Source: Campylobacterota bacterium
Lineage (GTDB): Bacteria > Campylobacterota > Campylobacteria > Campylobacterales > Arcobacteraceae
Length of the DNA: 58,332 nucleotides
Reading direction: 5' to 3'
Assembly: GCA_051746405.1 (NCBI GenBank)
Contig: JBNJFB010000009.1
Location: forward strand, 1 to 58,332
Under the pieces are notes generated by a model, which saw only the letters and a program-made list of their open reading frames with translations, searched no databases and had not been told where the DNA came from. Every line of letters begins with the position of its first letter. The first letter of the stretch is position 1. A program made the translations under genes and the position numbers. Positions 34,856 to 44,917 of the stretch are shown here, in pieces.

Positions 34856-35341
34856 ATGAAAACAGTTTTGGTATTAGCTATTTTTCTAGCTTCATTTTTA
34901 AATGCATCCCAAAGTAGTACTTACACTTATGTACAAGTTTATAAAACACAACCTATTTATGAATATAGAATAAAAAAACAGTATGAACAGTGTGAAGAGC
35001 CTAAAAAACAAAGTAGTAGCTTTGAGAATAGTGTGGGTATTGATACTATTATAGGTGCAACATTGGGTGTTGCAATAGGTAATCAAATTGGAAAAGGTAA
35101 TGGAAAAGATGTGGCTAAGGTTGTAGGTGGAATTGTTGGTGCAACTATGGCAAACAATACAAGAGACTATAGAAATGGCAATAACTCATATAACAATTGC
35201 GATGAAGCATATTACACTACAAGTCAAGAAGAGGTTTTAGTGGGATATAAAAACTACTTTGTTTATGATAATCAAACCTATACAAAAGTTACTAAAAGCC
35301 CAAGAAGACAAATCAAAGTTACAAAGACTATTAACTTTTAA
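34856..35341 (+). CDS. Glycine-zipper 2TM (YcfJ-like) envelope protein
   Basis: IGATLGVAIGNQIGKGNGKDVAKVVGGIVGA; AAGGAG RBS. Confidence 0.88.
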   Translation: MKTVLVLAIFLASFLNASQSSTYTYVQVYKTQPIYEYRIKKQYEQCEEPKKQSSSFENSVGIDTIIGATLGVAIGNQIGKGNGKDVAKVVGGIVGATMANNTRDYRNGNNSYNNCDEAYYTTSQEEVLVGYKNYFVYDNQTYTKVTKSPRRQIKVTKTINF

Positions 35342-36156
35342 GATAATAGTCTTGTAACTGTTTGTTGATTTATATTATTTGACTGTGCAGCACCAAGTGC
35401 ACCAATTTGTGCTAAAATATTCTGTTTTGAGAAGTTTGAAACCTCTTGTGCATAATCAGTACCTGAAGTATCAGCTCCTAAAGTAGCTGTGGTTTGATTA
35501 AGCATATTTCTAGTATTACTCTCTACTTGATTTTGAATAGCTCCAAACTCTTCTCTAATATCATTTAGATTATTTACTGCATTGTCAATATCTTCTAAGT
35601 AGCCTCTAGCTGTTTGGCTATCAAAAGTTGCAGGGTCTTGATTTAAAAGATCTGTTAAATCCATTCCTTGAGTATTAGATTGAATATTTTCCATCTCAAG
35701 TGGCTCACCACTTTCATCAGAGACTTGCAGTTGTAATAGTTCACTTCCCGATTGGTCATCACTTGAGTTTTGCAACAAGGTATTATTGTTGTAGTTTGTT
35801 TGACTAGCTATTTGGTCAAACTGACTCAAGAGATTTTGTGTATCTTGAAGAAGTGCTTCTCTGCCTTCTTGACTTGTGGTATCAGTTGCAGCTTGCATTA
35901 GGTTTTGTCTAACATCATCTAAGATATTTGACTGTCCTGTTAAAGCTCCATCTGCAATTTGAGTTAATGCCACAGCAGAAGTGCTATTTTCAACAGCTTG
36001 TGAATAGCCACTAGCTTGTACTTGTAAATCTGTTTGAAGTGCTAAACCAGATGGGTCATCACTTGCACTGTTTATTTGTGAACCTGTTGAAATTCTATTT
36101 AATGCTTGATTAGCATTTAAAAAAATATTCGGGTCTAAGTTATTATTTATTTCCAT
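35338..36156 (-). CDS. Short orphan flagellin-like protein
   Basis: ISTGSQINSASDDPSGLA, QIADGAL, FGAIQNQ, DYAQEVSNFSKQNILAQ...RLLS. Confidence 0.85.
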   Translation of the reverse strand: MEINNNLDPNIFLNANQALNRISTGSQINSASDDPSGLALQTDLQVQASGYSQAVENSTSAVALTQIADGALTGQSNILDDVRQNLMQAATDTTSQEGREALLQDTQNLLSQFDQIASQTNYNNNTLLQNSSDDQSGSELLQLQVSDESGEPLEMENIQSNTQGMDLTDLLNQDPATFDSQTARGYLEDIDNAVNNLNDIREEFGAIQNQVESNTRNMLNQTTATLGADTSGTDYAQEVSNFSKQNILAQIGALGAAQSNNINQQTVTRLLS

Positions 36157-36277
36157 AATAGACTCCTTTCTTTTATATACTTATATTCTATAGCTTTTAA
36201 TATTAAGTGAAGATTAAGTGGAATAATTAGTTTTAGTTGAAAAAAACTTTTTTTTGATACAATAAATCAAAAAGATT

Positions 36278-36604
36278 ATGAATATTACAAAACAACTAAA
36301 TAAAACAATTAAAGAACTAAATAGCAATAATTTTATAAAAGCCCATGATATATTTGAGGATTTATGGCGTGAGTATAAAAATGACTCAAACACAAGAGGG
36401 GAGTCATTTATATTAAAAGCTTTTGTAAATGCAGCTGTTTGCATAGAGCTTTATAATATGAAAAGATTTAAACACAGCAATAATATATGGAATACCTACA
36501 AAAAATATGAGTATTTAATTCAAGAACTCGATAGTGAAAATAAACCAAAGTATCAAGAAATAAAAGCTTTAATCTATAAAAAAAGAGAAGAGTTTATGAA
36601 ATGA
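36278..36604 (+). CDS. DUF309-like protein
   Basis: FIKAHDIFEDLW...LKAFVNAAV. Confidence 0.7.
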   Translation: MNITKQLNKTIKELNSNNFIKAHDIFEDLWREYKNDSNTRGESFILKAFVNAAVCIELYNMKRFKHSNNIWNTYKKYEYLIQELDSENKPKYQEIKALIYKKREEFMK

Positions 36605-37110
36605 TTGTATTAGATTTTGAGACTAATAGTCACAATTATGGTGATGTACTTGAAGTAGCAGCTGTAAAACTAGATAAAAACCTAAAAATTTTAGATAAGT
36701 TTCATAGGTACTATTTATCAAGGTATCCTTTAAACTTCCATTCATATAAGGTTCATAGATTAACCCCTGAATTAATCTTAGAGTATAGAAAAGATAAGTC
36801 ATACCCCTCATATTTTAGTGAAGATTTAGATTTTGAGAAGTTTTGTAAGGGTGCAAATACACTAATTGCCCATAATATATCATTTGAACTAAGACATATA
36901 AATAAGCGAGTTTTTTTTCAAAATCATATATGTACAATGAAAGAGAATAAACACAAAGTAAAAGCTTTAAATATAAAAGGTAATATCAAAAACCCAAGTT
37001 TAGACGAAGTCTGTAGGTTTTATGATATTAAGTTTGAGCAAGATAAATATCATAGTGCCACATATGATGTGAGCAAAACCTATGAAATTTTAAAAAAGAT
37101 GAACTTTTAA
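36601..37110 (+). CDS. DEDDh 3'-5' exonuclease (DnaQ-like)
   Basis: LDFETN, IAHNISFE, HSATYD. Confidence 0.88.
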   Translation: MIVLDFETNSHNYGDVLEVAAVKLDKNLKILDKFHRYYLSRYPLNFHSYKVHRLTPELILEYRKDKSYPSYFSEDLDFEKFCKGANTLIAHNISFELRHINKRVFFQNHICTMKENKHKVKALNIKGNIKNPSLDEVCRFYDIKFEQDKYHSATYDVSKTYEILKKMNF

Positions 37111-37116
37111 ATAAAA

Positions 37117-38403
37117 TTATCTATCTCTTTTAGTAGTTTTTCTTTTTTTAGTAGTTTTAGTTTTTTTATTTACACTATCTTTTCTATTTTTTCTATCATC
37201 TTTTTTATTTGAAGATTTTTTTCTATTTTTCTTTACTGCTTTTTGAAGTACTCTTTTAGAGGTATCTGTTTCATTTGGTTCAAAGCCCTCAACAGTTTGC
37301 TTTGGCAAATCAAAGATTAGTTCAACCTCTATTTCTCTAAATGTTTTATACTCATTTTGACTAAGTAAAGTTATAGCTTCTCCTTGCTTTCCTGCTCTAC
37401 CTGTTCTTCCTATTCTGTGAGTGAAATCAACTGCACTAAATGGTAGTTCATAGTTTATAACTACAGGTAAATCTTGTATATCAATACCCCTTGCAGCTAT
37501 ATCAGTTGCCACTAATACCCTTATTTCATTATCTTTAAATTTTCTTAGTGCTTTTGCTCTTGCTGTTTGTCTAACATCTCCATGAATACATGCAGCTTTT
37601 AATCCATCTAATTCTAGGTTTTCAACTAGCTCATCTGCTTTTGCTTTTGTATTTACAAAAACTAATGCAAAAGGGAAGTTTCTTGAGCCTATTAGATATG
37701 ATAGTAGCTCTTTTTTTGAATTTTCATCAACTTTTATTATTGTTTGGTTTATCTCATTTACTGTGGATCTTTGGTTTGCTACTTCAACTACACTTGGATG
37801 GTTTAAGAACTCTTTTGCTAGTTTTTTTACATTTTGATTTAAAGTTGCAGAAAACATTAAAATCTGTCTTTTAGTATTAGCTTTTGAAAATATTTTTTCA
37901 ATATCTTCTAAAAAGCCCATCTCTAGCATAGTATCAACCTCATCAACTACAAGTCTATTTACTGAGTTTAGTTTAACTGTGAAGTTTTCAATATGCTCTA
38001 TTAATCTTCCAGGAGTTGCTACAATTATATCTATACCCTTTGCTATTTTTTTTGCTTGGTCTTTGGATGAGATACCACCATAAACAGCAACTTTTTTTAT
38101 GTTTGTATATTTTGTATAATCTTCAATTGATTTTTCTATTTGTTTTGCAAGCTCTCTAGTTGGTGCTAAAACTATTGCTCTTAGGGGATGCCCTTCATTT
38201 TTATTTTTTATTAGTTCATCTATTATTGGTAGCAAAAAAGCGGCAGTTTTACCAGAACCACTTTGGGCTGTTGCTAAAATATCTCTGTTTTTTAAAGCAA
38301 GGGGAATGGTCTTTGTTTGTATTAAAGTAGGTTTTTCATATTCTAAATCTTTTAGTGCTTTGATGATATTTTCTTCAAGGTTTAACGAATTAAAAGCTTT
38401 GAT
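37117..38403 (-). CDS. DEAD-box RNA helicase (RhlE-like) with probable ATC start
   Basis: Q-motif (YEKPTLIQ) and AQSGSGKT lie upstream of the ORF-track start in the same frame; PTRELA, TPGR, DEVD, SAT, HRIGRTGRAG. Confidence 0.92.
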   Translation of the reverse strand: MKAFNSLNLEENIIKALKDLEYEKPTLIQTKTIPLALKNRDILATAQSGSGKTAAFLLPIIDELIKNKNEGHPLRAIVLAPTRELAKQIEKSIEDYTKYTNIKKVAVYGGISSKDQAKKIAKGIDIIVATPGRLIEHIENFTVKLNSVNRLVVDEVDTMLEMGFLEDIEKIFSKANTKRQILMFSATLNQNVKKLAKEFLNHPSVVEVANQRSTVNEINQTIIKVDENSKKELLSYLIGSRNFPFALVFVNTKAKADELVENLELDGLKAACIHGDVRQTARAKALRKFKDNEIRVLVATDIAARGIDIQDLPVVINYELPFSAVDFTHRIGRTGRAGKQGEAITLLSQNEYKTFREIEVELIFDLPKQTVEGFEPNETDTSKRVLQKAVKKNRKKSSNKKDDRKNRKDSVNKKTKTTKKRKTTKRDR

Positions 38404-38455
38404 GGCTATTTCCTTATATTTATTTTTTTCATATTATATCTAAATTTTTTTAAGT

Positions 38456-40408
38456 TTAATACTCTATATTTTTTAAAGGAGCACTAAAATAGTAACCTTG
38501 AGAATAGTCTATTCCTAGATTTTTAATCTCATCTAAAATCTCTTTATTCTCTACAAACTCAGCTACTGTTTTCATATCCATTTGCTTTGCAAAGTTTACA
38601 ATGGTAGTTACTACAATCTTTGAGTTTTTATCTTTATGAATATTTTTAATCATAGAACCATCTATTTTAATATAGTCTGCATTTAATTTTAAAAGATACT
38701 CAAAGTTTGAATATCCTGTACCAAAATCATCAATTGCTATTTTACAGCCATGTTTTTTCACATCTGAAATAAAGTTTGAAACCTCTTGAAAGTTCTCTAT
38801 TGATTCTGATTCAACTATCTCAAATACAACTTGTGAACCTATTTGATACTTCTGTAGCATAGTATAGATGTATGTTTTTATTTCATTGTTTAATATATCA
38901 TCAATAGTAAGATTAATAGAGAAATCAAAATCAAGGTTTTGAAACTTTTTGAAACTTTTTTTAATCATTATTTTTGTGATTTGATTGTAGTGCTTTGTCT
39001 GTTTTGCCACATTTAAAAAGAAAAAAGGAGATACTACTTTATCTTGTGTATCTATTAATCTAACAAGAGATTCATATTTTTCTATTTTATTAGTTTTGTT
39101 ATTTATAATAGGTTGAAAGTAGGGTACTATTTTATTCTTTTTTATTGCATTCTTAAGTTCAATTGTCCATTTTAGGTTACTTTTATAAACATCATCAAGA
39201 CTAAACTCATCTTTATAGGTTGCTAAATGCATACCATTTTTTTTAGCATATTTTAGTGCCATATTTGCAGTTGTAAAAAGGTTTTCTCTATTTTCGTAAG
39301 ATAGTGATGCTGTAAGTGTTATTGAAATCTCTTCTTTATTTATTATAAAATTTGAACTATTTATTTTTCTTACTATTTGATAAACTTTACTATAAAATAT
39401 CTCTTTTTCATAATTAGCCCCAAGGGATGCTAAAATAGCAAACTCATCTGCTTGTGTTCTATATATACTTAAATACTCCAAATCTTTTTTACAGTTTGAA
39501 ACTAAAAATTCACCTATTTTTTTTAGAAGTTTATCACCAAAAATATCTCCATAAAAATCATTAACTTGTCTAAAATTATCAATATTTAAAAAAGCGACTG
39601 CTGGAAACTCTATTTTTTTAATATCTTCAAAAAGCTTACTTCTATTTTTTAAATTAGTAAGTTTATCTGTATTTGCTAAAAGTTTTAACTCTTCTCTTTG
39701 ATTTACAAGCTCTGTAATCTCATTTCTTAGGGCTATATATTTTTTGATATTGTTATTTTCATCGAAAAGTGGTCTAATAACTATACTAACCCAGTATGCA
39801 TCTCCATTTTTTTTCTTATTTTTTATAATTCCTTTCCATACTTTTTTATTTGTTATTGTCTCCCAAAGTTCACTGAAAACTTCCCTTGGAGTATCTGGAT
39901 GTTTTAATATACTATGATTTGAGCCAATAAGTTCATCTTTTGAATAACCTGAAACTTTGATTAAGTTATCGTTTACATAGGTTATATTTCCATCTAAATC
40001 AGCTTTACTAACTATTGAAGCATCATCTAAAACACTTCTGTAGCTATTTAAAAAAGCAATATTCATATTAAGTTGTTCTGTTAAAAATTTAAAATTATCA
40101 GTTATATTTTTTATTTCATTTGTTTTTATATCTTGCTTCGTATTCTCATGAGTTATAATTAGATTATTTTTATTTTTAACTTCTTTGATTATAGTAGATA
40201 GTTTAGAAATAGGGTTTATAAGCTCTCTTTTTATAAAAAAATGAAGTATAATTAAGCTAATAGCAAGTATAGTTATCCATAAAGATATTGGTAAAAAAAA
40301 GCTTTTATTAAACTCTATGTTTGAAAAAGAGAAGTATGTAATTGTTGAGATAATAATTATTGTTAAATTTATTAAAAATATAAAAATAAGTAGTTTCTTA
40401 CTTGACAA
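38456..40408 (-). CDS. Membrane PAS-GGDEF-EAL protein, probable c-di-GMP phosphodiesterase
   Basis: Two TM helices, PAS (NHSILKHPD, WKGIIKN), degenerate QADEF, ESL and DDFGTGYS. Confidence 0.9.
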   Translation of the reverse strand: MSSKKLLIFIFLINLTIIIISTITYFSFSNIEFNKSFFLPISLWITILAISLIILHFFIKRELINPISKLSTIIKEVKNKNNLIITHENTKQDIKTNEIKNITDNFKFLTEQLNMNIAFLNSYRSVLDDASIVSKADLDGNITYVNDNLIKVSGYSKDELIGSNHSILKHPDTPREVFSELWETITNKKVWKGIIKNKKKNGDAYWVSIVIRPLFDENNNIKKYIALRNEITELVNQREELKLLANTDKLTNLKNRSKLFEDIKKIEFPAVAFLNIDNFRQVNDFYGDIFGDKLLKKIGEFLVSNCKKDLEYLSIYRTQADEFAILASLGANYEKEIFYSKVYQIVRKINSSNFIINKEEISITLTASLSYENRENLFTTANMALKYAKKNGMHLATYKDEFSLDDVYKSNLKWTIELKNAIKKNKIVPYFQPIINNKTNKIEKYESLVRLIDTQDKVVSPFFFLNVAKQTKHYNQITKIMIKKSFKKFQNLDFDFSINLTIDDILNNEIKTYIYTMLQKYQIGSQVVFEIVESESIENFQEVSNFISDVKKHGCKIAIDDFGTGYSNFEYLLKLNADYIKIDGSMIKNIHKDKNSKIVVTTIVNFAKQMDMKTVAEFVENKEILDEIKNLGIDYSQGYYFSAPLKNIEY

Positions 40409-40528
40409 AATTAATCCTTTTAAATTTTATAAATTTACTATATCTTAAAAAATCTTAGATAATTATTTTATTTTAGTATTATCTTTTTTACTGTATAACT
40501 AATTAATTTGGTCACAAAAGGATTTTGT

Positions 40529-42286
40529 ATGATAAAACGTATCACGCTTCCTATATTATTAGCTTTATTGGCATATCTATTATTTAATAATGAAGATGCC
40601 AAAGTGATTATAGCAGGTATTGCTATTTTCTTAATTGGAATGATATTTATGGAAGATGGCTTTAAACTTTTTAGTGGGGGTATCTTAGAAAAGATAATAC
40701 AAAAAAGTACAAATAGTGTTTTAAAATCAATAACTACAGGTTTTTTGTCCACATCTGTTGTTCAAAGTTCATCTTTAATATCTATTATAGTTATTTCATT
40801 TTTAAGTGCTGGACTTATTAGTTTAAGTGGAGCTATTGGGATAGTTTTTGGTTCAAATATTGGTACTACAACTACAGCTTGGATAGTTTCAACCTTTGGT
40901 GTAAAAATCAAAATCTCAGCTTATGCAATGCCTATGATTATCTTTGGGGTTCTATTTAGGTTTTCAAAAAATGAACCAACAAAAGGGTTTGGTAATGTAT
41001 TAATTGGTCTAGGTTTTGTATTTTTAGGTATTTCATATATGAAAGATGGGTTTGAAACTCTAAAAGCTGGACTTGATTTATCTCAATTTGCACTTGATGG
41101 TGTTTTAGGTATGGTTGTATATGTTGGTTTAGGGGCAATTGCTACTATAATTATTCAATCAAGTAGTGCAACAATGGCTTTAATTATTACAGCACTTGCA
41201 ACAAATCAAATTGTTTACATGAATGCTTTAGAGCTTGCAATTGGTTCAAATATTGGTACAACAGTAACAGCTGTCATAGCATCGCTTGCAGCTAGTTCTA
41301 ATGGTAAAAGACTTGCAGTTGCACACTTTATTTTTAATATAGTCACAGGAGTCATTGCTATACTATTTATATTGCCACTTGCTGATTTAGTTGATTATTT
41401 AGCTATGAAGCTTTCAATCGCACAAAATGATTATGCAATGAAATTAGCACTATTTCATACTATATTCAATGTTATTGGGGTACTTGCAGTTTCACCTTTT
41501 ACACATAAGATGGAGAAGTTTTTAAAAGGACTATTTATATCTAAAAAGAAAAAAGACTCTAAGCCAAAATTCTTAGATGAAGTACTTATAAAAGTTCCAG
41601 ATGCAGCCTTACTTAGTATAAAAAAAGAGATACTTCATCTTTATGATAATGCTCAAAAACTTCTATCTCATGGGATTTATATACATAGAGAAGATTTTAG
41701 AAAGTATGAATATGAGAAATTAGATGAACTGATTTTAAACTCAGGTGTTGAAAATATAAAAATTAATGTTGAAAGCTATTATAATAAAAATATAAAATCA
41801 CTATATGGTGAGATTGTAAGGTTTTCAGCACTATCTCAAAAAAGTATGGGCGAAGAGGACTCTAGTAGAACAAATGACTTAAAAGTTGCTGCAAGAAGTA
41901 TTGTTGAAGCTACTAAAGATATAAGAGATTTAAATAGAAATCTAAATATTTATTTACGTAGTGATAATAAATATGTAAAACGTGAGTATAATAACCTAAG
42001 ATATAACTTAGTAAATATTTTAAAAACAATTGATGAAGTAAAAAATGAAAGAGATGATATAGAGATTTTATCATCTATTGAAGTTTTAAAAGATAATCTA
42101 AAAGATTTAGAAAGAGTTAGGAATGAAAAAATTGATGAGTTAATTAGAGATGATAAAATCAATACAAAAATGGCAACTTCATTGATAAATGATGCTACTT
42201 TTGCACAAGATATATCAAAAAATTTAATTAATGCAGCTACAATTTTATTAATAGAGAGTAAAGAGATACAAGAGTTAGGAGATTAA
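40529..42286 (+). CDS. Na+/Pi cotransporter family protein
   Basis: Two QSSS repeats, GSNIGTT twice, helical C-terminal domain. Confidence 0.92.
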   Translation: MIKRITLPILLALLAYLLFNNEDAKVIIAGIAIFLIGMIFMEDGFKLFSGGILEKIIQKSTNSVLKSITTGFLSTSVVQSSSLISIIVISFLSAGLISLSGAIGIVFGSNIGTTTTAWIVSTFGVKIKISAYAMPMIIFGVLFRFSKNEPTKGFGNVLIGLGFVFLGISYMKDGFETLKAGLDLSQFALDGVLGMVVYVGLGAIATIIIQSSSATMALIITALATNQIVYMNALELAIGSNIGTTVTAVIASLAASSNGKRLAVAHFIFNIVTGVIAILFILPLADLVDYLAMKLSIAQNDYAMKLALFHTIFNVIGVLAVSPFTHKMEKFLKGLFISKKKKDSKPKFLDEVLIKVPDAALLSIKKEILHLYDNAQKLLSHGIYIHREDFRKYEYEKLDELILNSGVENIKINVESYYNKNIKSLYGEIVRFSALSQKSMGEEDSSRTNDLKVAARSIVEATKDIRDLNRNLNIYLRSDNKYVKREYNNLRYNLVNILKTIDEVKNERDDIEILSSIEVLKDNLKDLERVRNEKIDELIRDDKINTKMATSLINDATFAQDISKNLINAATILLIESKEIQELGD

Positions 42287-42290
42287 AAAA

Positions 42291-42512
42291 ATGAAAATAG
42301 AGAAAATATTTGAGAAAATAGAGAAGTTGTACGATTCATCTAAGAGTAAAAGTAAGAAAAAAAGTAAGAAAAAAGAGCTTAAGCATAAGATAAAAAATAA
42401 AATAAAAAAAACAAAAAAAGAGCTTGATAAAAAAGATAACTCTAAAGCAGAACAGGACAAACTAAAAAAGAAAATGGAAATTTTAAAAAAGTTAGAAAAA
42501 AAAGTCGATTAG
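42291..42512 (+). CDS. Very lysine-rich small protein
   Basis: 73 aa, 31 Lys by manual count; AGGAG RBS within the end of the upstream gene. Confidence 0.65.
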   Translation: MKIEKIFEKIEKLYDSSKSKSKKKSKKKELKHKIKNKIKKTKKELDKKDNSKAEQDKLKKKMEILKKLEKKVD

Positions 42513-42620
42513 TTATAAATATATCAATTTATTCATAAAATATGTGAGTTGATAATAAATAGCTATTAAATGATTCCTTTTTGTTATATAATATAATACA
42601 TGTGAAAAGAAAGGATTTTT

Positions 42621-43571
42621 ATGAAGCTAGGTGTATCAGCTTGTTTGTTAGGGAGTTTATGTAGGTATGATGGAACAAGCTCAAAAAATGGTTTTATTCT
42701 AAATACATTAGGTGAGTATTTCGAGTTTGAGTCATACTGCCCAGAAGCAGAGGTTTTTGGAACACCAAGACCTACTATTAGGTTAGTAAACAAAGATGGT
42801 CAAACAAGAGTTTTAACAACAAAAGATAAAGAGGACTTAACAGATATATTAGACAAGTCATGTCAAAAAAATTCAAATAGAATTAAAAATGATGATTTAT
42901 GTGGGTTTATCTTAAAGTCAAGCTCTCCTACTTGTGGAATGGAAAGAGTAAAAGTATATCAAGAAACAAATGCACCAAGTGAAAAAAAAGGTGTTGGAAG
43001 ATTTGCTGCATTGATAAAAAAGAGTTATCCACATTTGCCTATTGAAGAAGAGGGTAGATTAAAAGATGCATGGCTTAGGGAGAACTTCTTAATGCAAATT
43101 TTTGCATATAGAAACCTGCATGAGTTCATAAATCAAAAACCCTCTTTTAAAGATTTAGTAAACTTTCATACAGAGTATAAATATCTAATATACTCAAAAT
43201 CAACAGATGCATACAAGCAACTTGGAAATATAGTAGCAAATCATGAAAAAAAAGATATAAATGAAGTTTTACAAGAGTATAAAGTAGCTTTTTTAGAAGC
43301 TATAAATGAAAAAGGAAGTATTAAAAAAACCTATAATGTCTTACTTCATATTATTGGATATTTTAAAAAACTAATAACAAAAGAAGAAAAAAAAGAGATA
43401 CTTGATTCCATAGAGGAGTATAAACAAAAAGTTATACCTTTAATTGCAGTTATCAAAGTTATAAAACTATATGCAAAAAGATTTCAAATTGATTACTTAT
43501 TATCTCAAAAGTTTTTAAATCCTTATCCAAAAGAGCTAGCATTGCGTTCTGATGTGAAGGCTTATAAATAA
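42621..43571 (+). CDS. ybgA: YbgA family protein (DUF523 Fe-S domain + DUF1722)
   Basis: SACLLGSLCRYDG, CPE, SPTCG, EEEGRL, FHTEYK, LLHIIGYFK. Confidence 0.9.
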   Translation: MKLGVSACLLGSLCRYDGTSSKNGFILNTLGEYFEFESYCPEAEVFGTPRPTIRLVNKDGQTRVLTTKDKEDLTDILDKSCQKNSNRIKNDDLCGFILKSSSPTCGMERVKVYQETNAPSEKKGVGRFAALIKKSYPHLPIEEEGRLKDAWLRENFLMQIFAYRNLHEFINQKPSFKDLVNFHTEYKYLIYSKSTDAYKQLGNIVANHEKKDINEVLQEYKVAFLEAINEKGSIKKTYNVLLHIIGYFKKLITKEEKKEILDSIEEYKQKVIPLIAVIKVIKLYAKRFQIDYLLSQKFLNPYPKELALRSDVKAYK

Positions 43572-44917
43572 TGAAACAGATATTATGGTTTAGAAGAGAT
43601 TTACGAATAACAGATAGTGCGATACTATCCTTTTCAAAAAAGGATGTATTGCCGATTTTTATATTTGATACAGATATTTTAAAACAGTTGCCAAGTGATG
43701 ATAAAAGAGTTACATTTATTTATAAAAATGTGATGGAGTTAAAAAAGAGGCTTAAAACTGTAGGTTTGGATTTGGCAATTTTTTATGCAAAACCCATTGA
43801 AATTTTTTCAAAGCTTAAAGGTTTGGGTTTTGATGAGGTTTTATGCTCTAGTGATTTTGACTATTATAGTAAATCAAGAGATAAAGAGATTGAAAAAATA
43901 ATACCCCTTAGAAGATACTGTGATTCATTTATTTTAAATCCTTGGGAGGTCTTAAAAAAAGATAATACCCCTTATAAAGTTTTTACTCCCTTTTATAAAT
44001 CTTTAGATTTTATACACTCATCTCACAAGATTGAACTTTTTAAAAGAAATGAGTCTTTACAGCTATGCAAAGAGTGTGATGATATTGATTTTGATAAGAT
44101 ACCATCTTTAGAAGAGATGGGATTTATAAAACAAAAACTCCCAAAGTTTTTAACAAAAAGTGCCAATAGCTTAATAGATGAGTTTATTGATAAAATGGAT
44201 GATTATGAAAAATATAGGGATTATTTTTTTATTGATGCAACTTCAAATCTTAGTGTGCATCTTAGGTTTGGACTTATATCACCAAGGGAAGTATTTAATA
44301 AACTTAAAGCTTTAAGTTCAAATTGTGAATTTTTTATAAGGGAGCTTTTTTGGAGAGAGTTTTATAATACACTACTTTATCACTTCCCAAAATCACAGTT
44401 TGAAAACTTCAATGGTTTAAAAATACAATGGAATGAAAGCAATGAGGATTTTAAAAAATGGTGTGAGGGCAAAACAGGTGTACCTATAATAGATGCAGCA
44501 ATGCAACACTTAAATAATACAGGGTGTATGCATAATAGATTAAGAATGGTTGTATCATCGTTTCTAACAAAAAATCTATTAATAGACTGGAGAAAAGGTG
44601 AAAGATACTTCGCTTTAAAGCTTTTAGATTATGAGGCAAGTTCAAATATAGGATCATGGCAATGGGCTGCTAGTACAGGTGCTGATAGTGTGCCATATTT
44701 TAGAGTTTTTAATCCATATACCCAAAGTGAAAAATTTGATAAAGATGGTTTGTTTATTAAAAGTGTTTTAACACAACTAAAAGATGTGGATAGTAGACTT
44801 TTACACAAAGAAAACGGAGTATTTAAAAGCTTGTTTGTGGATTATGAAGAGCCTATGATTTCTATAAAAGATTCACGACAAAGAGCAATTGAGACATTTA
44901 AAAGAGCAAAAAAATGA
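43571..44917 (+). CDS. phrB: Deoxyribodipyrimidine (CPD) photolyase
   Basis: WFRRDLR, YKVFTPF, LSVHLRFG, WREFY, GVPIIDAAM, MHNRLRM, SWQW, FRVFNP. Confidence 0.93.
   Translation: MKQILWFRRDLRITDSAILSFSKKDVLPIFIFDTDILKQLPSDDKRVTFIYKNVMELKKRLKTVGLDLAIFYAKPIEIFSKLKGLGFDEVLCSSDFDYYSKSRDKEIEKIIPLRRYCDSFILNPWEVLKKDNTPYKVFTPFYKSLDFIHSSHKIELFKRNESLQLCKECDDIDFDKIPSLEEMGFIKQKLPKFLTKSANSLIDEFIDKMDDYEKYRDYFFIDATSNLSVHLRFGLISPREVFNKLKALSSNCEFFIRELFWREFYNTLLYHFPKSQFENFNGLKIQWNESNEDFKKWCEGKTGVPIIDAAMQHLNNTGCMHNRLRMVVSSFLTKNLLIDWRKGERYFALKLLDYEASSNIGSWQWAASTGADSVPYFRVFNPYTQSEKFDKDGLFIKSVLTQLKDVDSRLLHKENGVFKSLFVDYEEPMISIKDSRQRAIETFKRAKK

Noticed and set aside
36601..37110. Exonuclease plus DUF309 as a defence system
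   Set aside because: It sits in housekeeping context with no mobility or defence signals; the Asp-to-Glu change in ExoII alone is insufficient
38406..38432. uORF MKKINIRK upstream of the helicase
   Set aside because: Its ATG directly abuts the TATAAT -10 element, so it is probably not in the transcript, and it has no RBS
42511..42560. 20-bp-periodic ATAAA units as LytTR binding sites
   Set aside because: Too AT-rich and degenerate to distinguish from background without comparative data
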